Below are positions 1 through 15,349 of a stretch of DNA of 64,000 bases, in pieces. The first letter of the stretch is position 1; every line of letters starts with the position of its first letter. The notes beneath the pieces are model-generated. The model had not been told where the DNA came from and searched no databases. It saw only the letters and a program-made list of their open reading frames with translations. The position numbers were made by a program, and so were the translations under genes. Source of the DNA: the human T2T-CHM13v2.0 reference genome, Homo sapiens; assembly GCF_009914755.1 (NCBI RefSeq), contig NC_060928.1; one strand, written 5' to 3'.

Positions 1-359
1 CTCCCCAGACAAGGAATTACCTCTGGCCTGAGTATACAAGGAGCATAGATAGAGAAGACAGGACATTCTTACAGAGTCAAAGAAATCTTTTGGCCTCAGG
101 ATGCAATCTAACACTGCGAAGCATAGGCAATGTGCTATCCTGAGTCCAGCTTTAAGGAATAAGCATTTAGGAATGGTAAGCCCTTCTCCACTTTTCAATG
201 ACCTTTATAATCCCCTCTCAGCCCAATTCCATTACCATAACAACACATATTCTGAAATAATAGAGGACCCTGTAATTATAGATGAAAAAGGTAAGCCTGT
301 GGACATAGTATTTTCTCCCAATTAGAACACCTTGATGTGAAAGATTATTAAGCAATCTT

Positions 360-1290
360 ATTCATTCATTTATGTAACAAGTACAAACTAAGAGCCACTC
401 TTCTAGGTGCTCCAGAAACAGGCGGCCTGTATAGGAAAGCTCTTCTTCATGAAACTTATTTAAGTCACTGAGAGTAACAGAGTAATAAAACAGTAGCAAC
501 AAAATAAGACCATTGCAAATAGTGATAAGGGTTATGAGAAAAATAAAGTGAGAAGATAGTTAGGAAGTGATGAAAAGCCATGTGAGGATTTTACACATCG
601 CTTAATATCATCTAATTACATAAGACAAAATATTACTCTTGCTGTTACGCAGAGAATAGATGATGGTGTGTAAAAATGAAAGTAGGAACACCAGATGGGA
701 GGCTGTCTTAGTAGTGACAGGAGAGGCTTGAAGGTGGCTGTCACCTGGGTGTTAGCAGTGGAGGTGAAGAGATTTGCTTGAGCTTGGTAGCTCTTTGAAA
801 GTAAGGATTGTGGGACATACTGATAGATTGCAGATGAAGGAAAGAGAGGACGGGTCTGTGTGTAACTAAAGACATGTTTATAAAAATATAAATAAAATAA
901 ATATCAATGCTGTTAACTGAAATAGAGGTGCTATGGCAAGAATAGTTTTGACAGTGTGATCAAAAGTTCTACTTTGGCTATGTTAATTAAAAGATAATAC
1001 ATTGGTTGGTATTAAGTATATAAGTCAAACACCCAGGAAGGAGCTCATATGTGATATTCAGAGCCATAGCCTGAATGAGATTATTCTGCAGAGAGGGCAG
1101 AGCAGGGCAAACATCTGAGTCCTACGCATTGTTGTATTTAGAGGCCTGGGAGAGAAATTTCCATAAAGAGACTGAGAAGAAGCAGCCACTCAAGGTCTTT
1201 TAAAAGCCAACTGAAGATAAAGTTTCTGAGAGAAGAAAATTATCAACCATGTCATGTCCTACTCCAGAGAGAAGTGAAAAAAGCCCACAA
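360..1290 (-). mobile_element. L2 LINE remnant
   Basis: Begins ttcattcatt...ctaggtgct (reverse of the L2 3' end), followed by purine-rich L2-like body; boundaries approximate. Confidence 0.6.
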
Positions 1291-1965
1291 AATAACTTGT
1301 GATATACACAACACCATCCATTAATGCTAGAAATGTACCCCCATGGATCTAGGTACTCCCAATTCTTTGTGCCATGAAAATAATGTAGATATATTGGTTT
1401 CTCGTGAAACTCAGTACCAATAGGTATTATTTATAGAGCAAATGCCTGGGAAGATAAAGAATTATAATTCTGATTCATTATGTACCCCAAATATATAAAG
1501 CCACAAAATATCTAAAAACAGATGGGAATGCAGACTGATTGAGACAATGCAAAGTGTTAATGAGTGGAGAGGAAAAAGAGCTATCCAGATAAAACGTAGA
1601 ACAGGTCTATGTAAAATTTCAATTGACTGCTTTTTTGCTCATTTTCCAATGTAGTGAACCTCAGTTTCATTTGCTGTATACCTTTTCCCTATTTTAAGCA
1701 TCTCCAGAGTTTGTATCAGATAAATAAGACTGAGTTAAGATGCACAGATATTGGGAAAGGTATGACTAGAAGCTATAGGACAAATTATGAACAAGTTCAT
1801 GTGAAATACAAAGGACAGAATAGCAGATGCATCAAAAAAAAGTAACAGATTAGGCAAAGAACTCAAAAACTCAAAAAGTGGGAGAACACCAGCATTAAGA
1901 GGCAGATGATAAAAAGCAAACAAGGCTTGAAAGCTGAAGTAGTTGGCTGCATTATCTCCAGACGC

Positions 1966-2275
1966 TTTTTGTTTTTTTGTTTTTGTTTTTTTTTGAAACA
2001 GAGTCTTGCTCTGTCGCCCAGGCTGGAGTGCAGTGGTGCAATCTCAGCTCACTGCAAGCTCTGCCTCCTAGGTTCACACCATTCTCCTGCCTCAGCCTCC
2101 TGAGTAGCCGGGACTACAGGCGCCCGCCAACACACCTGGCTATTTTTTTGTATTTTTAGTAGAGACAGGGTTTCACCGTGTTAGCCAGGATGGTCTCGAT
2201 TTCCTGACCTCGTGATCTGCCCACCTCGGCCTCCCAAAGTTCTGGGATTACAGGTGTGAGCCACCACGCCTGGCC
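1966..2275 (-). mobile_element. AluY-like SINE
   Basis: Poly-T tail and full dimer ending GGCC; AluY-type GCAAGCTC..GTTCACACCATTCTCC and TTAGCCAGGATGG; degenerate TSD ATCTCCAG..TTTT. Confidence 0.93.
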
Positions 2276-2499
2276 CATCTCCAGCCAATTTTACACCATT
2301 CCTATCTGGCTAAGTATCCGTTTCTGACTTGTGTCATCTTGGAAGCTGAAAATGTGACCTGGAAAGATGAGAATTATTCATACATTCTTACAGAACAAAC
2401 TTTTGACAATAACAGAAATCTGAAAAATAAGCATGACCTCTATCTACCCATGACACCTGGTTGACTATAAGAAATTATCTTCCTCGTGATCATTATCTA

Positions 2500-2936
2500 C
2501 AAGATGCAAATGGAAATTACTTTTGTAGGAATATAATGGGTAATGTTTAGTTGAAATATTATTCTAACAATACTGTTTTTCTAAAAATGCTATTAAGGTT
2601 TTATATTTCTCTAAGAAATAAATTATTATAAATATTGTTTAGCATGTAATTTTCAATTTGTTTTGTATAAAGGGTATTTGGAAGTTAGCATGATGTGGGC
2701 TTTAGTTGGGATTGCAATTTTAAAATATTTTTAAAGTAGATGATTTAATCTATACTTACTAATTTGACTGATGTTTATTCCCTTTTTACTTTCATCTGAT
2801 ATTTACAAAGGTCTGTGCTGTTGTTCTAATGGTATCTTTTATAATTGTCCATTTATATACTTTTTTACATCTTTGAAATTTATTGAGCCTTGCTTTAAGT
2901 TCAACATATGATCAGTTCTTCCAAATAAATATTCCT
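2500..2936 (-). mobile_element. Old L1 (L1M) ORF2 endonuclease-region remnant abutting the provirus breakpoint
   Basis: Minus-strand translation EYLFGRTDHMLNLK resembles the L1 EN motif (S-R/K-I-D-H); highly degraded, left boundary uncertain. Confidence 0.4.
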
Positions 2937-4740
2937 TAGTGCTGTATCTGCATTTGAGATCAGAGGCATTAACATGGGTTAAATTGTGAAAATGTCTAGC
3001 ATTAGATATTGCATTAGCAACTAGGAGATCAGCCATGTGATTCCCTTTAGTCAAAGGTCCTGGAAGAGGTGTATGAGCCCTAATGTGAGTGATGTAAAAA
3101 GGGTGCATTCTACTTCTAACTGCTGTTTGCAGTTGGGTAAATAAAGTCATCAGTTGTTCATCTGTATGAAATCGTAACTGAGTAGTTTCAATTAACTGTG
3201 TGGAATGAACCACGAATGAAGAATCAGAAATCACATTAATGGGCATATAAAAAGAAGTGAATACCTTAATTACAGTTACAAGCTCTGCTTTTTGAGCTGA
3301 AGTATAGGGCGTCTGGAAAACTTTACTTTTTGAGCCAGAATAAGAAGCTTTACCATTATTAGCCCCATCTGTAAAAACATTCTCAGCACCTTCAATTGGT
3401 TTGGATTTAGTTATTTTAGGGAGAATCCAATTAGTTAATTTCAAAACCTGAAACACCTTCATTTTAGGAAAATGATTATGGAGAATACCCACAAAGTCAG
3501 CTAAATGGGTTTGGCAAGTAAGACTATTTATAAAAGCTAGCTGTATTTGTGCCTTCATGAGAGGGACAATAATTTTTCCATGATCATAACCATGTAATTT
3601 AACAATCTGAGTTCTCCCAATTCTTATCATAGTAGCAATTTGATGTAAATAAGGAGTTAGAGTCTGTGAATTAGTATGTGGAAGAAAAAGCCAGTCTACT
3701 ACGTCATGTTCTTGGACAATAACACCAGTAGGTGAATGCTGAGTTGAAAAAATTAGCAAATCTAGAGTCTTCTCTGGATCTATTCAATTTATTTGAGCTC
3801 TATGGACTTGCTTTGCAATTAGTTGTAACTCTGCCTCAGCCTCCTTTGTGAATTGCCAAGGGCTAATAAGACTAGGATTTCCTCTAAGGATAGAAAACAG
3901 ATTACTCATGGCATAGGTAGGAATGCCTAGAGCAGGTCGTATGCAATTAATGTCCCCTAGTAATTTCTGAAAGTCATTTAATGTTTTTAGTTGATCCCTA
4001 CGTATGGTTACTTTCTGTGGCACAATGGTAGTGTCATTTACTAAGGTCCCCAAGTAGGAGTAAGGAGTAGCAGTCTCAATTTTATCAGGAGCTGTAATTA
4101 AACCAGCACGAGAAATTGAATTTTGCAAGTGACCAAAACATTGGAGTAAAATTTCTCGAGTGGTGGCAGCACAAAGTATATCATCCATATAGTGAATAAT
4201 GTAACACTGTGAAAATTTTTTATGAGTAGGTTCAATTGCTTGCCCCACAAATGTCTGGAAAATTATGGGACTGTTTAACATGCCCTGTGGCAACACTTTC
4301 CAGTGATAACGTTTAGCAGGCTACAGGTTGTTTACTGCAGGAATTGTAAATGCAAACTGTTCACAGTCTTGCTCAGCTAAAACGATAGTAAAGAAACAGT
4401 CTTTTAAATCTATGACTACTAAAGGCCAGTTTTTTGGAATTATAGCAGGAGAAGGCAATCTTGGCTGTAATGCTCCCATAGGTTGTATGACTGAATTGAT
4501 AGCTCTTAAGTCAGTTAACATTCTCCATTTGCCTGATTTTTTCTTAATTACAAGAACTGGAGAATTCCAAGGGGAAAATGTTGGAGCTATGTGCCCATTT
4601 TCTAATTGTTCAGTAACTAATTTCTCTAAAGCCTCCAGTTTCTCTTTACTTAGTGGCCATTGTTCTATCCAAATTTGCTTATCTGTTAACCATTTTAAAG
4701 GTATAGGTTCTGGAGGCTTAACAATGGCCTCCATCAAAAA
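2937..4740 (-). pseudogene. pol: HERV-K pol: RT, RNase H, start of integrase; in-frame stops
   Basis: [26 protein letters not shown] (RT); VFTDG, AEL, SDS, HIRAH (RNase H); ARHFHNLTH (IN N-terminus). Stops at 4321-4323 and 3784-3786. Confidence 0.93.
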
Positions 4741-5652
4741 TTATTTCCTAATCTTTGGCAGGAACTTTGTTTTTCCTCTTGAAGTGGTTCTTTCAAACCT
4801 TGCAAATTTTTTTCTAGACCCATACCAGGGACATACCCCATTTCATGCATTGTATGTTGACTTTGAGGGCTATGTAATTGTTCTGGAATTAGAACTTGTG
4901 TTCCCATTGTTGTAATAAATCTCTTCCCCATAAATTTATAGGTACAGAAGTTATAATTGGTCGAATAGTCCCAGGTCGTCCATCAGGCCCTTCACAATGC
5001 AAAATATAACTACTTTGATATACTTCAGGGGCTTTATTAACTCCAACTATGTTAAATTGAGTGGGTTGAATTGGCCATGCAGACGTCCAGTGCTGTAGAG
5101 AAATGATTGAAATGTCCACTCCTGTATCTACCAAACCTTTAAATTTCTTTCCCTGAATAGTTATTTCACAGGTAGGACATTTATCAGTAATTTGATTTAC
5201 CCAATAAGCTGCTTTGCCTTGTTTATTTGTGCTTCCAAATCCTCCTGTTCGTTTAATTTCACTTTTTCCCATTTCCACAAATGGCACAATCAGGAACTGT
5301 GCTATGTGTTCTCCTGGCTCTGCTTTCCAGGGAACAGAAGTAGATACAACAATTTGAATTTCTCCATTATAATCTGAATCAATGACTCCTGTATGTATTT
5401 GTACCCCTTTTAAACCTAAACTAGACTTTCCTAAAAGTAATCCTGTTGTCCCTGCTGGCAAGGGTCCACAGACTCCTGTTGGGACCTTTTGCGGGGGTTC
5501 CCCAGGCAGAAGGCTCACAGCTTTTGTGCAGCATAAATCTACTGTGGCACTACCAGCTGTGGTGGGGGACAGACATTGCACGGGAGCGAGGGAATGGCCT
5601 GAGCTGGAAATGCCCCCGTTTAGAATGGGACGGCCCCCTCATGGTGTTTCCC
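4734..5652 (-). pseudogene. pro: HERV-K pro: dUTPase + aspartic protease + frameshifted G-patch
   Basis: ORF 4889-5581 has dUTPase motifs (SATVDL, GKSS, GVIDSDYNGEI, IAQ, RTGGFGST) and protease LVDTGVD...NLWGRDLL. G-patch MHEMGYVPGMGLEK is in the shifted ORF 4734-4931. Confidence 0.92.
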
Positions 5653-6945
5653 GAAATCGGGTTCCCATCTTTATCAAACTTAGAGTGACACTGATTAGCC
5701 CAATGTTTTCCTTTTTTACATTGTGGACATATTTCAGGATCAGCAGTTTTCTTTTTTCCCTATCTGGCGGCCTGACTCGCTGATTTTTTCTACATTCTTT
5801 TTTAGTATGACCATGCTTCCCACAGTTAAAACAAGCCCCAGGAAATGGGGTATTTCCTTTATCCACCCTCAGTCCTGCCATTGCCTGTGCTAGCAGAGTA
5901 GCTTTATGCAAATTGCCTCCGATACCATCACAGGCCTTGATATAATCAACTAAATGTGCTTTCCCTCTGAGAGGTCACAGAGCAGCCTGGCAAACAGTAT
6001 TAGCATTGTCGAAAGCTCATAACTGCAGCACTATATCCTGAGCAGCCGAATCTGCAGTCATCTTTTTAAGAGATTCCTGTAACCAAACTATAAAATCAAC
6101 GTATGGTTCTCTTGGTCCCTGTTTTATAGCACTAAAGGAAGGGTATTGTTCCCCACTTGAAGTGATTTTTTCCCAAGCTCTAATGCACACTCTGCTAAGC
6201 TGTTCTATGGCATCATCCTGCATGACCAATTGTGCATCTAAACCAGCCCAGGTGCCAACCCCCAAAAGTTGGTCTGCAGTTATATTAATTTGAGGTTGGG
6301 CCTGGGCATTGCGAGCAGCCTGAATGGAAGTTTTATCTGCCCATCAAGTTTTAAATTGTAAGAACAGAGCAGGAGTAAGACAAGCTCGTGTAAGAGTGTC
6401 CCAGTCAGTAGGAATCATCCAACTGGAAACAGCAACATTCTTTAACAGTCCCATTACAAAAGGAGAACCTGGTCCATACTGATTTATAGCTTGTGGAAAT
6501 TATTTGAGTAATTTAAAAGGAAAAGGCTCAAATGTAGCTATAATATTTCCCTGTTGATCGGGGGGTATATTCTAAAAGGGAACTGCCAAGCCTCTAAATC
6601 ACCCTCTCATCTAGCTTGCTGAATTCCTGCCTGAATAGAACTAAGAGTGGTCGTTCAAGGCGCTGCTCAGTCACTGGGGCAACCACTTTTTGCCCAGTGT
6701 CCTCTGGAAAATAAAGATCTGGAGGGTCTTTTTCTTCAAATAATAAGGAGGGGGTGCAGAAGGGTAGGGATGAACCTTTCCCTTCCTTTGCCGCTTTAGC
6801 TTTAGCTGGTAAATAAACATGCTGTGTAACCTCTTCTGTTACTTTGCTATACTCTCATTCCTCCTCATCATCAGTGTGAAAAAGTTCCAAAGTGAAACGA
6901 ACCAGACCCCACACCTGTACCATTGTTACCCTGATGCTTCTGAGC
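5600..6945 (-). pseudogene. gag: HERV-K gag remnant (stops and frameshifts; N-terminal matrix apparently missing; ends approximate)
   Basis: MVQVWGLVRFTLELFHTDDEEE* from 6923, PSAPPPY at 6743-6763, major homology region IKQGPREPYVDF (ORF 6017-6265), zinc knuckle CFNCGKHGHTKKEC (ORF 5639-5911), slippery GGGAAAC at 5646-5652. Confidence 0.88.
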
Positions 6946-7050
6946 TCCCCTTCTTACTCACCATGGGGATTGCTTTAAGAGTACTAGGGTGTCTTCCAGC
7001 TAGTTTTCTGTTCCAACTGTTGCTCTGAGACCCATCAACTTGGATTCGAG

Positions 7051-7068
7051 CCCCCACAATGGACGCCA
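7051..7068 (-). promoter_or_regulatory. Primer binding site, tRNA-Lys(CUU)-type (degenerate)
   Basis: TGGCGTCCATTGTGGGGG lies 2 nt after the LTR end; 14/18 identity to the canonical TGGCGCCCAACGTGGGGC. Confidence 0.8.
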
Positions 7069-7070
7069 CT

Positions 7071-9771
<2,701 letters not shown>

Positions 9772-9784
9772 AAAAATGCCTTTA

Positions 9785-9960
9785 AGCGGTTTTCTCCCCT
9801 GGGTGGGCCAGGTTTTCCTTGCCCTCATTCCTGTAAACCTACAACCTTCCAGCGTGGGCATTAGGGCCATTATGAACATGTTACAATGCTGCAGAGATTT
9901 TGTTTATTGCCAGTTTTGGGGCCAGTTTATGCCCAGATTTTGGGGGGCCTGCTCCCAACA
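9785..9960 (-). mobile_element. MER9 5' LTR, upstream U3 piece
   Basis: Minus strand starts TGTTGGGAGCAGGCCCCCCAAAATCTGGGCATAAACTGGCCCC, the recalled MER9 start; ends at the L1 TSD. Confidence 0.9.
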
Positions 9961-10040
9961 ACATATATAAAAATATCACATTGTACACACTAAATATATA
10001 TAATTTTTATTTGTCAATCATACCATCATAAAATGTAAAA
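9961..10040 (+). mobile_element. Old L1M 3' end fragment
   Basis: aaatatcacattgtacacactaaatatatataatttttatttgtcaat resembles the L1MB/MC terminus. Confidence 0.55.
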
Positions 10041-10309
10041 AGACATGGGGCAAATATAATACACATAATTTTCACTTCTATTATAGTCTTTTCCATTTAC
10101 TCTATTGAAAATGTATTTTAAAATATGTAAACCATGACAGAAGAGGGAAGTTTTCTTACAGAAACTGTGAACAGAATGGAGAGAAAGTCCACTACTTTGT
10201 ACACTTTGCAGTTTTATTTAGTTCTCTGTGAGGTTAACCCCAATTTTCTTGTCTATCCACTTTTTTTTAGTTGTTAGAACCAAGCCCCTGTTCTTTCTTT
10301 TATTTAATG

Positions 10310-10493
10310 CCATGGTTCTCAAACTTTAGCAGGCTTCAGAGTCACTTGAAGGATATGTTAAAATTCAGATTGCTGCCATCTCTCTTCACATTTCTGATAC
10401 AGTAGATCTGGGTTGGGTACAAGAATTTACATTTCTCACAAATTTTTATATGATGCTGATTCTACTCCTGTGAATCACCAATGAGAACCACTG
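10310..10493. mobile_element. MER5A-like hAT-Charlie MITE
   Basis: CATGGTTCTCAAACTTTAG...GAGAACCACTG terminal inverted repeats with a MER5A-like interior. Confidence 0.75.
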
Positions 10494-10615
10494 AGTGAAC
10501 AGTAATTGATTGGCATCATTGTTATGTACATAACTAAAATTGACATATATCAAATTAAAGTCAAGATAGATTTTTTATTCCATCTGTGTCCTTGAATTAA
10601 AATCATGGGTGCAGA

Positions 10616-10953
<338 letters not shown>

Positions 10954-11229
10954 TTAGAGTGACTGTTCATCTAAAAATATGTTTTCCCATACCATTTTTT
11001 TAAAACCCTCAGAAATGCTTACAAAAAGTTTAATATACTCCACTTCATAGTAGGTACTCTTCTAGATACTGAAGGAAAGTAGAAGAGTGTGGGATAAACA
11101 GGACACAGCCCACACTCTCAGAGGGCACAGAAGCCAAGGAACAAGAAAACAGTACTACAAAAATAAGTGCCATGAATACAGTGTGTGCACTACACATAGT
11201 ACTTAACATGCGTTTTGCTTACTCTGTCA

Positions 11230-11390
11230 AACAGGTCTAAGCACTTTACTTATGTTGTTATTTACTTCCTGACAATGATCCTGAGGTAGGTACCATTTAA
11301 ATCTCCACTTTACAGATGAGAAGTTGCATACTTTGCCCAGATGGTAAGTGGCAGAGCTGGGACTTGGATCCAGGCAGCCTAGCTCCAGTG
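11230..11390 (-). mobile_element. MIR SINE
   Basis: Core tttacagatgagaa...ttgcccaga...gtaagtggcagagctggga. Confidence 0.75.
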
Positions 11391-12665
11391 GCCACTTTGC
11401 TAGTCCCCAGACGACTGTGCCTCGGTACACTATAGTGAGCATGAGCTCGGGGTGTCATTGAAGTGAAAAAGAAAGAGAACAGTCAGAGGAAACTTTACAG
11501 GGCAGATTATCTTAAATTTAAAGGAAGGACTCTCAAGTTTTCCTGCCTAATTATATAAATTACTATTACAATGAATAACTTATAACAAGTTTGAAATAAC
11601 CTCAGATACTCTTTTCATTATTTTTGCAATCCTAGAAACATTGTAATTTTTGTTTCCTAGTATATGATTTCCTACATATCAGCCATTTTGTCCTTATGGG
11701 TAAATACTGCCCTTTAGGAAGAAGCCCCATTGGGTTCACAGATTAATTCCCAGTCCCTAGAAGAATATCTAGTGCTCAGTAAAAATTTATTATATTAATT
11801 ACTTAGCTAATGGTAACCAGGTTAACCATAGACTAAAATAAAACCCTGGTATCAATAGATACAAATTATTAATATTTGAGCTCCCCAAATAAAATGATTC
11901 TTGTTTGTTGGACTAAGGCAGCAATTTAGATTGTCATGGTTTTGTTTTTCATTTTATTTTGTTCTTCTTATTCATGGCATCTGCTATTAGCAGAATGAAA
12001 AATTGGCATGTGTGCCTTCTGAATATGCTGCACTGAACTGTCTGTGCTCAAGTACCAAGGCACATATGTTTGTCTTCTCTGGACCAACACACAAATTGTA
12101 GGTTTTTCAGGGTCAACAGTAATAAGCATCTATAATTATAGAGTTAGGAAAAGAAACATAAATAGTATCTATTAGTAACTGATAACAGGAAATAGGCTCT
12201 CTAATATCCATTCATTTTAATTAGGAAAATATGCATGGGTTGGCCTCAATTAGAAACACACACACACATACACACACACACAGAGGAGGTAGGGCAGAAT
12301 GGGCTTTTTAATTAATGTCTTGAATAAGTTATGACTTAGGAAACTTCCTCTTACTTTTGCAGTTGTTATGTAGTAATGATCCTCAAACGTCTGAAATTCT
12401 TTGAAATTCTAGAGAGGTTCAGAAACCACTGTATACCACACTCTATTATTAATCCACCCTAAAAACACCTCCCTCCCCTTTCTAAAAGGACCCATTTGCT
12501 TACTGGATTCTGCCATTACCAAATAGTTATTTTTAAAAATCTTAAGGTTTGAAAACTCACATTACATTATTCTGAAAAGGAAAGAGACTTAGATGTAGAA
12601 CTTGTTTTTATGCCTTCTTTCTGTAAGTTATGGTTTGCCAAAGCCGCCACAGCATCTGCCTCACT

Positions 12666-12910
12666 GTATTGGTCACGGTTCTCAAGAGAAACCAATAAAA
12701 TGTGTGTGTATATGTGTGTTGAAAGATAGATAGAGATAGGTTCATAGAAATACATATTATCTATAATAAATCTCTATAACATATATATAAAATATGTATT
12801 GAATATATAGATTAAATTATTAAATATATACATAATATATATTAATAAATATATAAATAAATATAAAATATAAATATTGGCAGGTCTGAAATATGCAGGG
12901 CAGGTTGGCA
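12666..12910 (-). mobile_element. MLT2 (ERVL LTR) fragment with internal AT-rich expansion
   Basis: TGTATTGGTCACGGTTCTC..AGAAACCAATA start; TA-rich 12740-12878; resumes ggcaggtctgaaat..gcagggcaggttggca. Confidence 0.6.
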
Positions 12911-14723
12911 CTTAGGGGTTTCCCTAATCATTCTCATATTCCATTTTCATTTTGTCCCTATAATACATATGGCAGTGCTTCCAAAGGCGTCTTAAGTTCT
13001 CCCCACTCCTTTTACTGCCCAAAAGATTTCCTAGATTTACTTCCTTGTCTTTGTGCATTTTATTATCAAATCATTTAATATTTTAAAAGAATGACTCCAG
13101 TGCTCAAGACTAAAAGGAATTCCTTTTAAAATGCTGAAATAGTCCTTACTAATGAAGTAAAGTTTCCTTGGCCGACATGTTGATTTACTGCTTTGTGGCC
13201 CTGATTTCTTGAATGTCTGTGTGAAACCCATATAAAGGCCAATAGGTAGCATTCTACCTGTAAGCCATGGCCCTGTGCTAGAGTGCCCAACCATCTGATC
13301 CCAACCCAGCCCATCTGGTTTGTGCACTTTTACTGTTCAACTTTTCCTGGATCTTTTCCTGGTTCTTGGTTCTTGTCTTGTCAAGACACAGCAGAGACAA
13401 AGTTGGTAATTTTCAAAAGGAATTTTTTTTAATGAATGTAGAGGAAAAGAATGCAAACACATTTGTATAGAAATAAAATTTCTAGAGGCTTCTTATTTTA
13501 ACCAGAGTTTAGCTACAGATTGGATGGATTGGATAAACAGGAAACTGTCCAGCTCTTTTTATTGCCTTAACATTGTCTGGGTTTTCTAGTAGAAAATGGA
13601 AAATAAACGTATTTAAATATTGTGAGATTTAATTTTATTTGATGTCAATTCTAGAAACCTCTAACAAACACTTCACATCTCCCTTTGCTTCCTAGAATTA
13701 CCTCCACACATGGACCGCAAGCTCCCAGGCTGTTTGTCTGTGGCCTTAAGCCCTGCTTCAACCTTGTTTTGCTCATTGCCTACTTCTCTCTGGCGATCCC
13801 TAGCCCACAGCCCTAGATAAGAAGGCACTTCATAGTGTGTCCTCAAAGACTCTTTTTCTGAAATCAGAGCATCTTTCGCCACCTGCCACATCCTTGTTCT
13901 GTTGCTCTTCTCTTGCTCAATCTGCCACTAGGTACCTGAAACCCCCACCTCTCCAATTCCATTTGTTAACCACTATATTTTCTTCTTCCTTTTCCTCCTC
14001 CTCCTATCATTACTGCTGCTAATTTTAGGGTGAATTCCATCCACTAGGATATTCAGAAAGCAATGAGTCCCTTCTGGGTTTGAGATGACATGCTCCATTT
14101 ATTTCTCATACTTGTCAACTCATCATGCAGGTGCTTTGGATGACAGAATATTGACATTCTAGAACTCAATTTTTACAATTTTACAAAACTTTCAAATCTT
14201 AAGCGTACAATTCAACAAAATGAAGAATTTCTATCAAAAATTTTCAAATGTACAGTCTTTCAAAGAAATTATCTGAGAACAACAGAGTAACTATTCATCT
14301 TTATCCCAAGTTTTTCCTGTTGTTTGTCTATGCCTGACAATAAGAATAAACAACAGAGAATCAAGGCTCTAGAACTGCTCTTTCTTTCTACTTGCAAGAT
14401 GGTTGTGGAAGTGGATTCTAACCATTCCCAGTTTGGATTTTAACTGAGTGGGCCCAGAACACAGAGATAGCCCGGGAGAAGCTCTCATAAGTCATAGACT
14501 TGAATGGTCACAGTTGCCTCCCCCAGCTCCACAGCTTTTCTGGCCTCACCCCGAGGAGCAGTACACAGGGGCCATAGCTTCTCTCAGAGCCTCCCTGAGT
14601 GTATGGAGGAGCAAAGAAAATAAGGCACCGTAAGTCAGAAAATAACTGGCCATGCTGCAATGGGAAACCAATTTTGAACTCCCTCTCCAAAATTAAAAGG
14701 GGCCTCTAGATTGCTTTAAAATG

Positions 14724-15349
14724 CACTTGATTCTCATTATTTGCAGTAGTTATGTTCTATAAAGTAATCGAATAAGTCAATGCTGAACCTTTGCTCCTAG
14801 GAGAGTTATAGGGTTAGGTTCCTGTGAGCTTCTGGTCACAATGTTTTGATCAACCAATTGATACATAACCTTGCTTTATGTGTGTTTCTGTTTAAAAATA
14901 CCTTATTTAATATACACTGTTGATTCAAAGTGAACTCACCATCAACACTGTAACTCAGGCCTGAATGAATTTATCTAATACATATATTTTCTCCATAAGG
15001 CATGCCACTGCTTTCAAGTGCTTAGAAATACTACACAGCACTTCAGCACTGTACTTGGGGGCCATTTTAAACAGCTAATTCACCAAAATAAACCACAAAA
15101 ACTGTGACAGTTGTGGCACCAAATGGACTGCAAACAGGACATTTGTTTACAGTTTGAGAGCTGAAATAAGAAGGCATATGGTTGCCTTGTTTGACCCCAG
15201 CTGGGAATGTGTGCTTTGGGTGACTCAAATTTTTCATTGCTATACATATGTCTGCAAATGACTGGGAAAGTGCCTTAAGGTGTTACAAACAAATTTTGTG
15301 AGTAAATGAATTTGCACAAACAGAATTCCCAAATAATGAGGACCAACAG
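14724..15349. mobile_element. MER82-like TcMar-Tigger DNA transposon fossil
   Basis: TIRs CACTTGATTCTCATTATTTG / CAAATAATGAGGACCAACAG, TA after the right end; interior matches recalled MER82. Confidence 0.8.

Noticed and set aside
101-325. 74-aa ATG ORF and the many other 60-110 aa ORFs in the track
   Set aside because: No recognisable domains; many overlap Alu/L1/LTR or have the F/L/I-rich composition of AT-rich noncoding DNA.
4328-5783. Plus-strand ORFs of 195, 133 and 80 aa over the provirus
   Set aside because: Antisense shadows of pol/pro with no recognisable motifs and no splice support.
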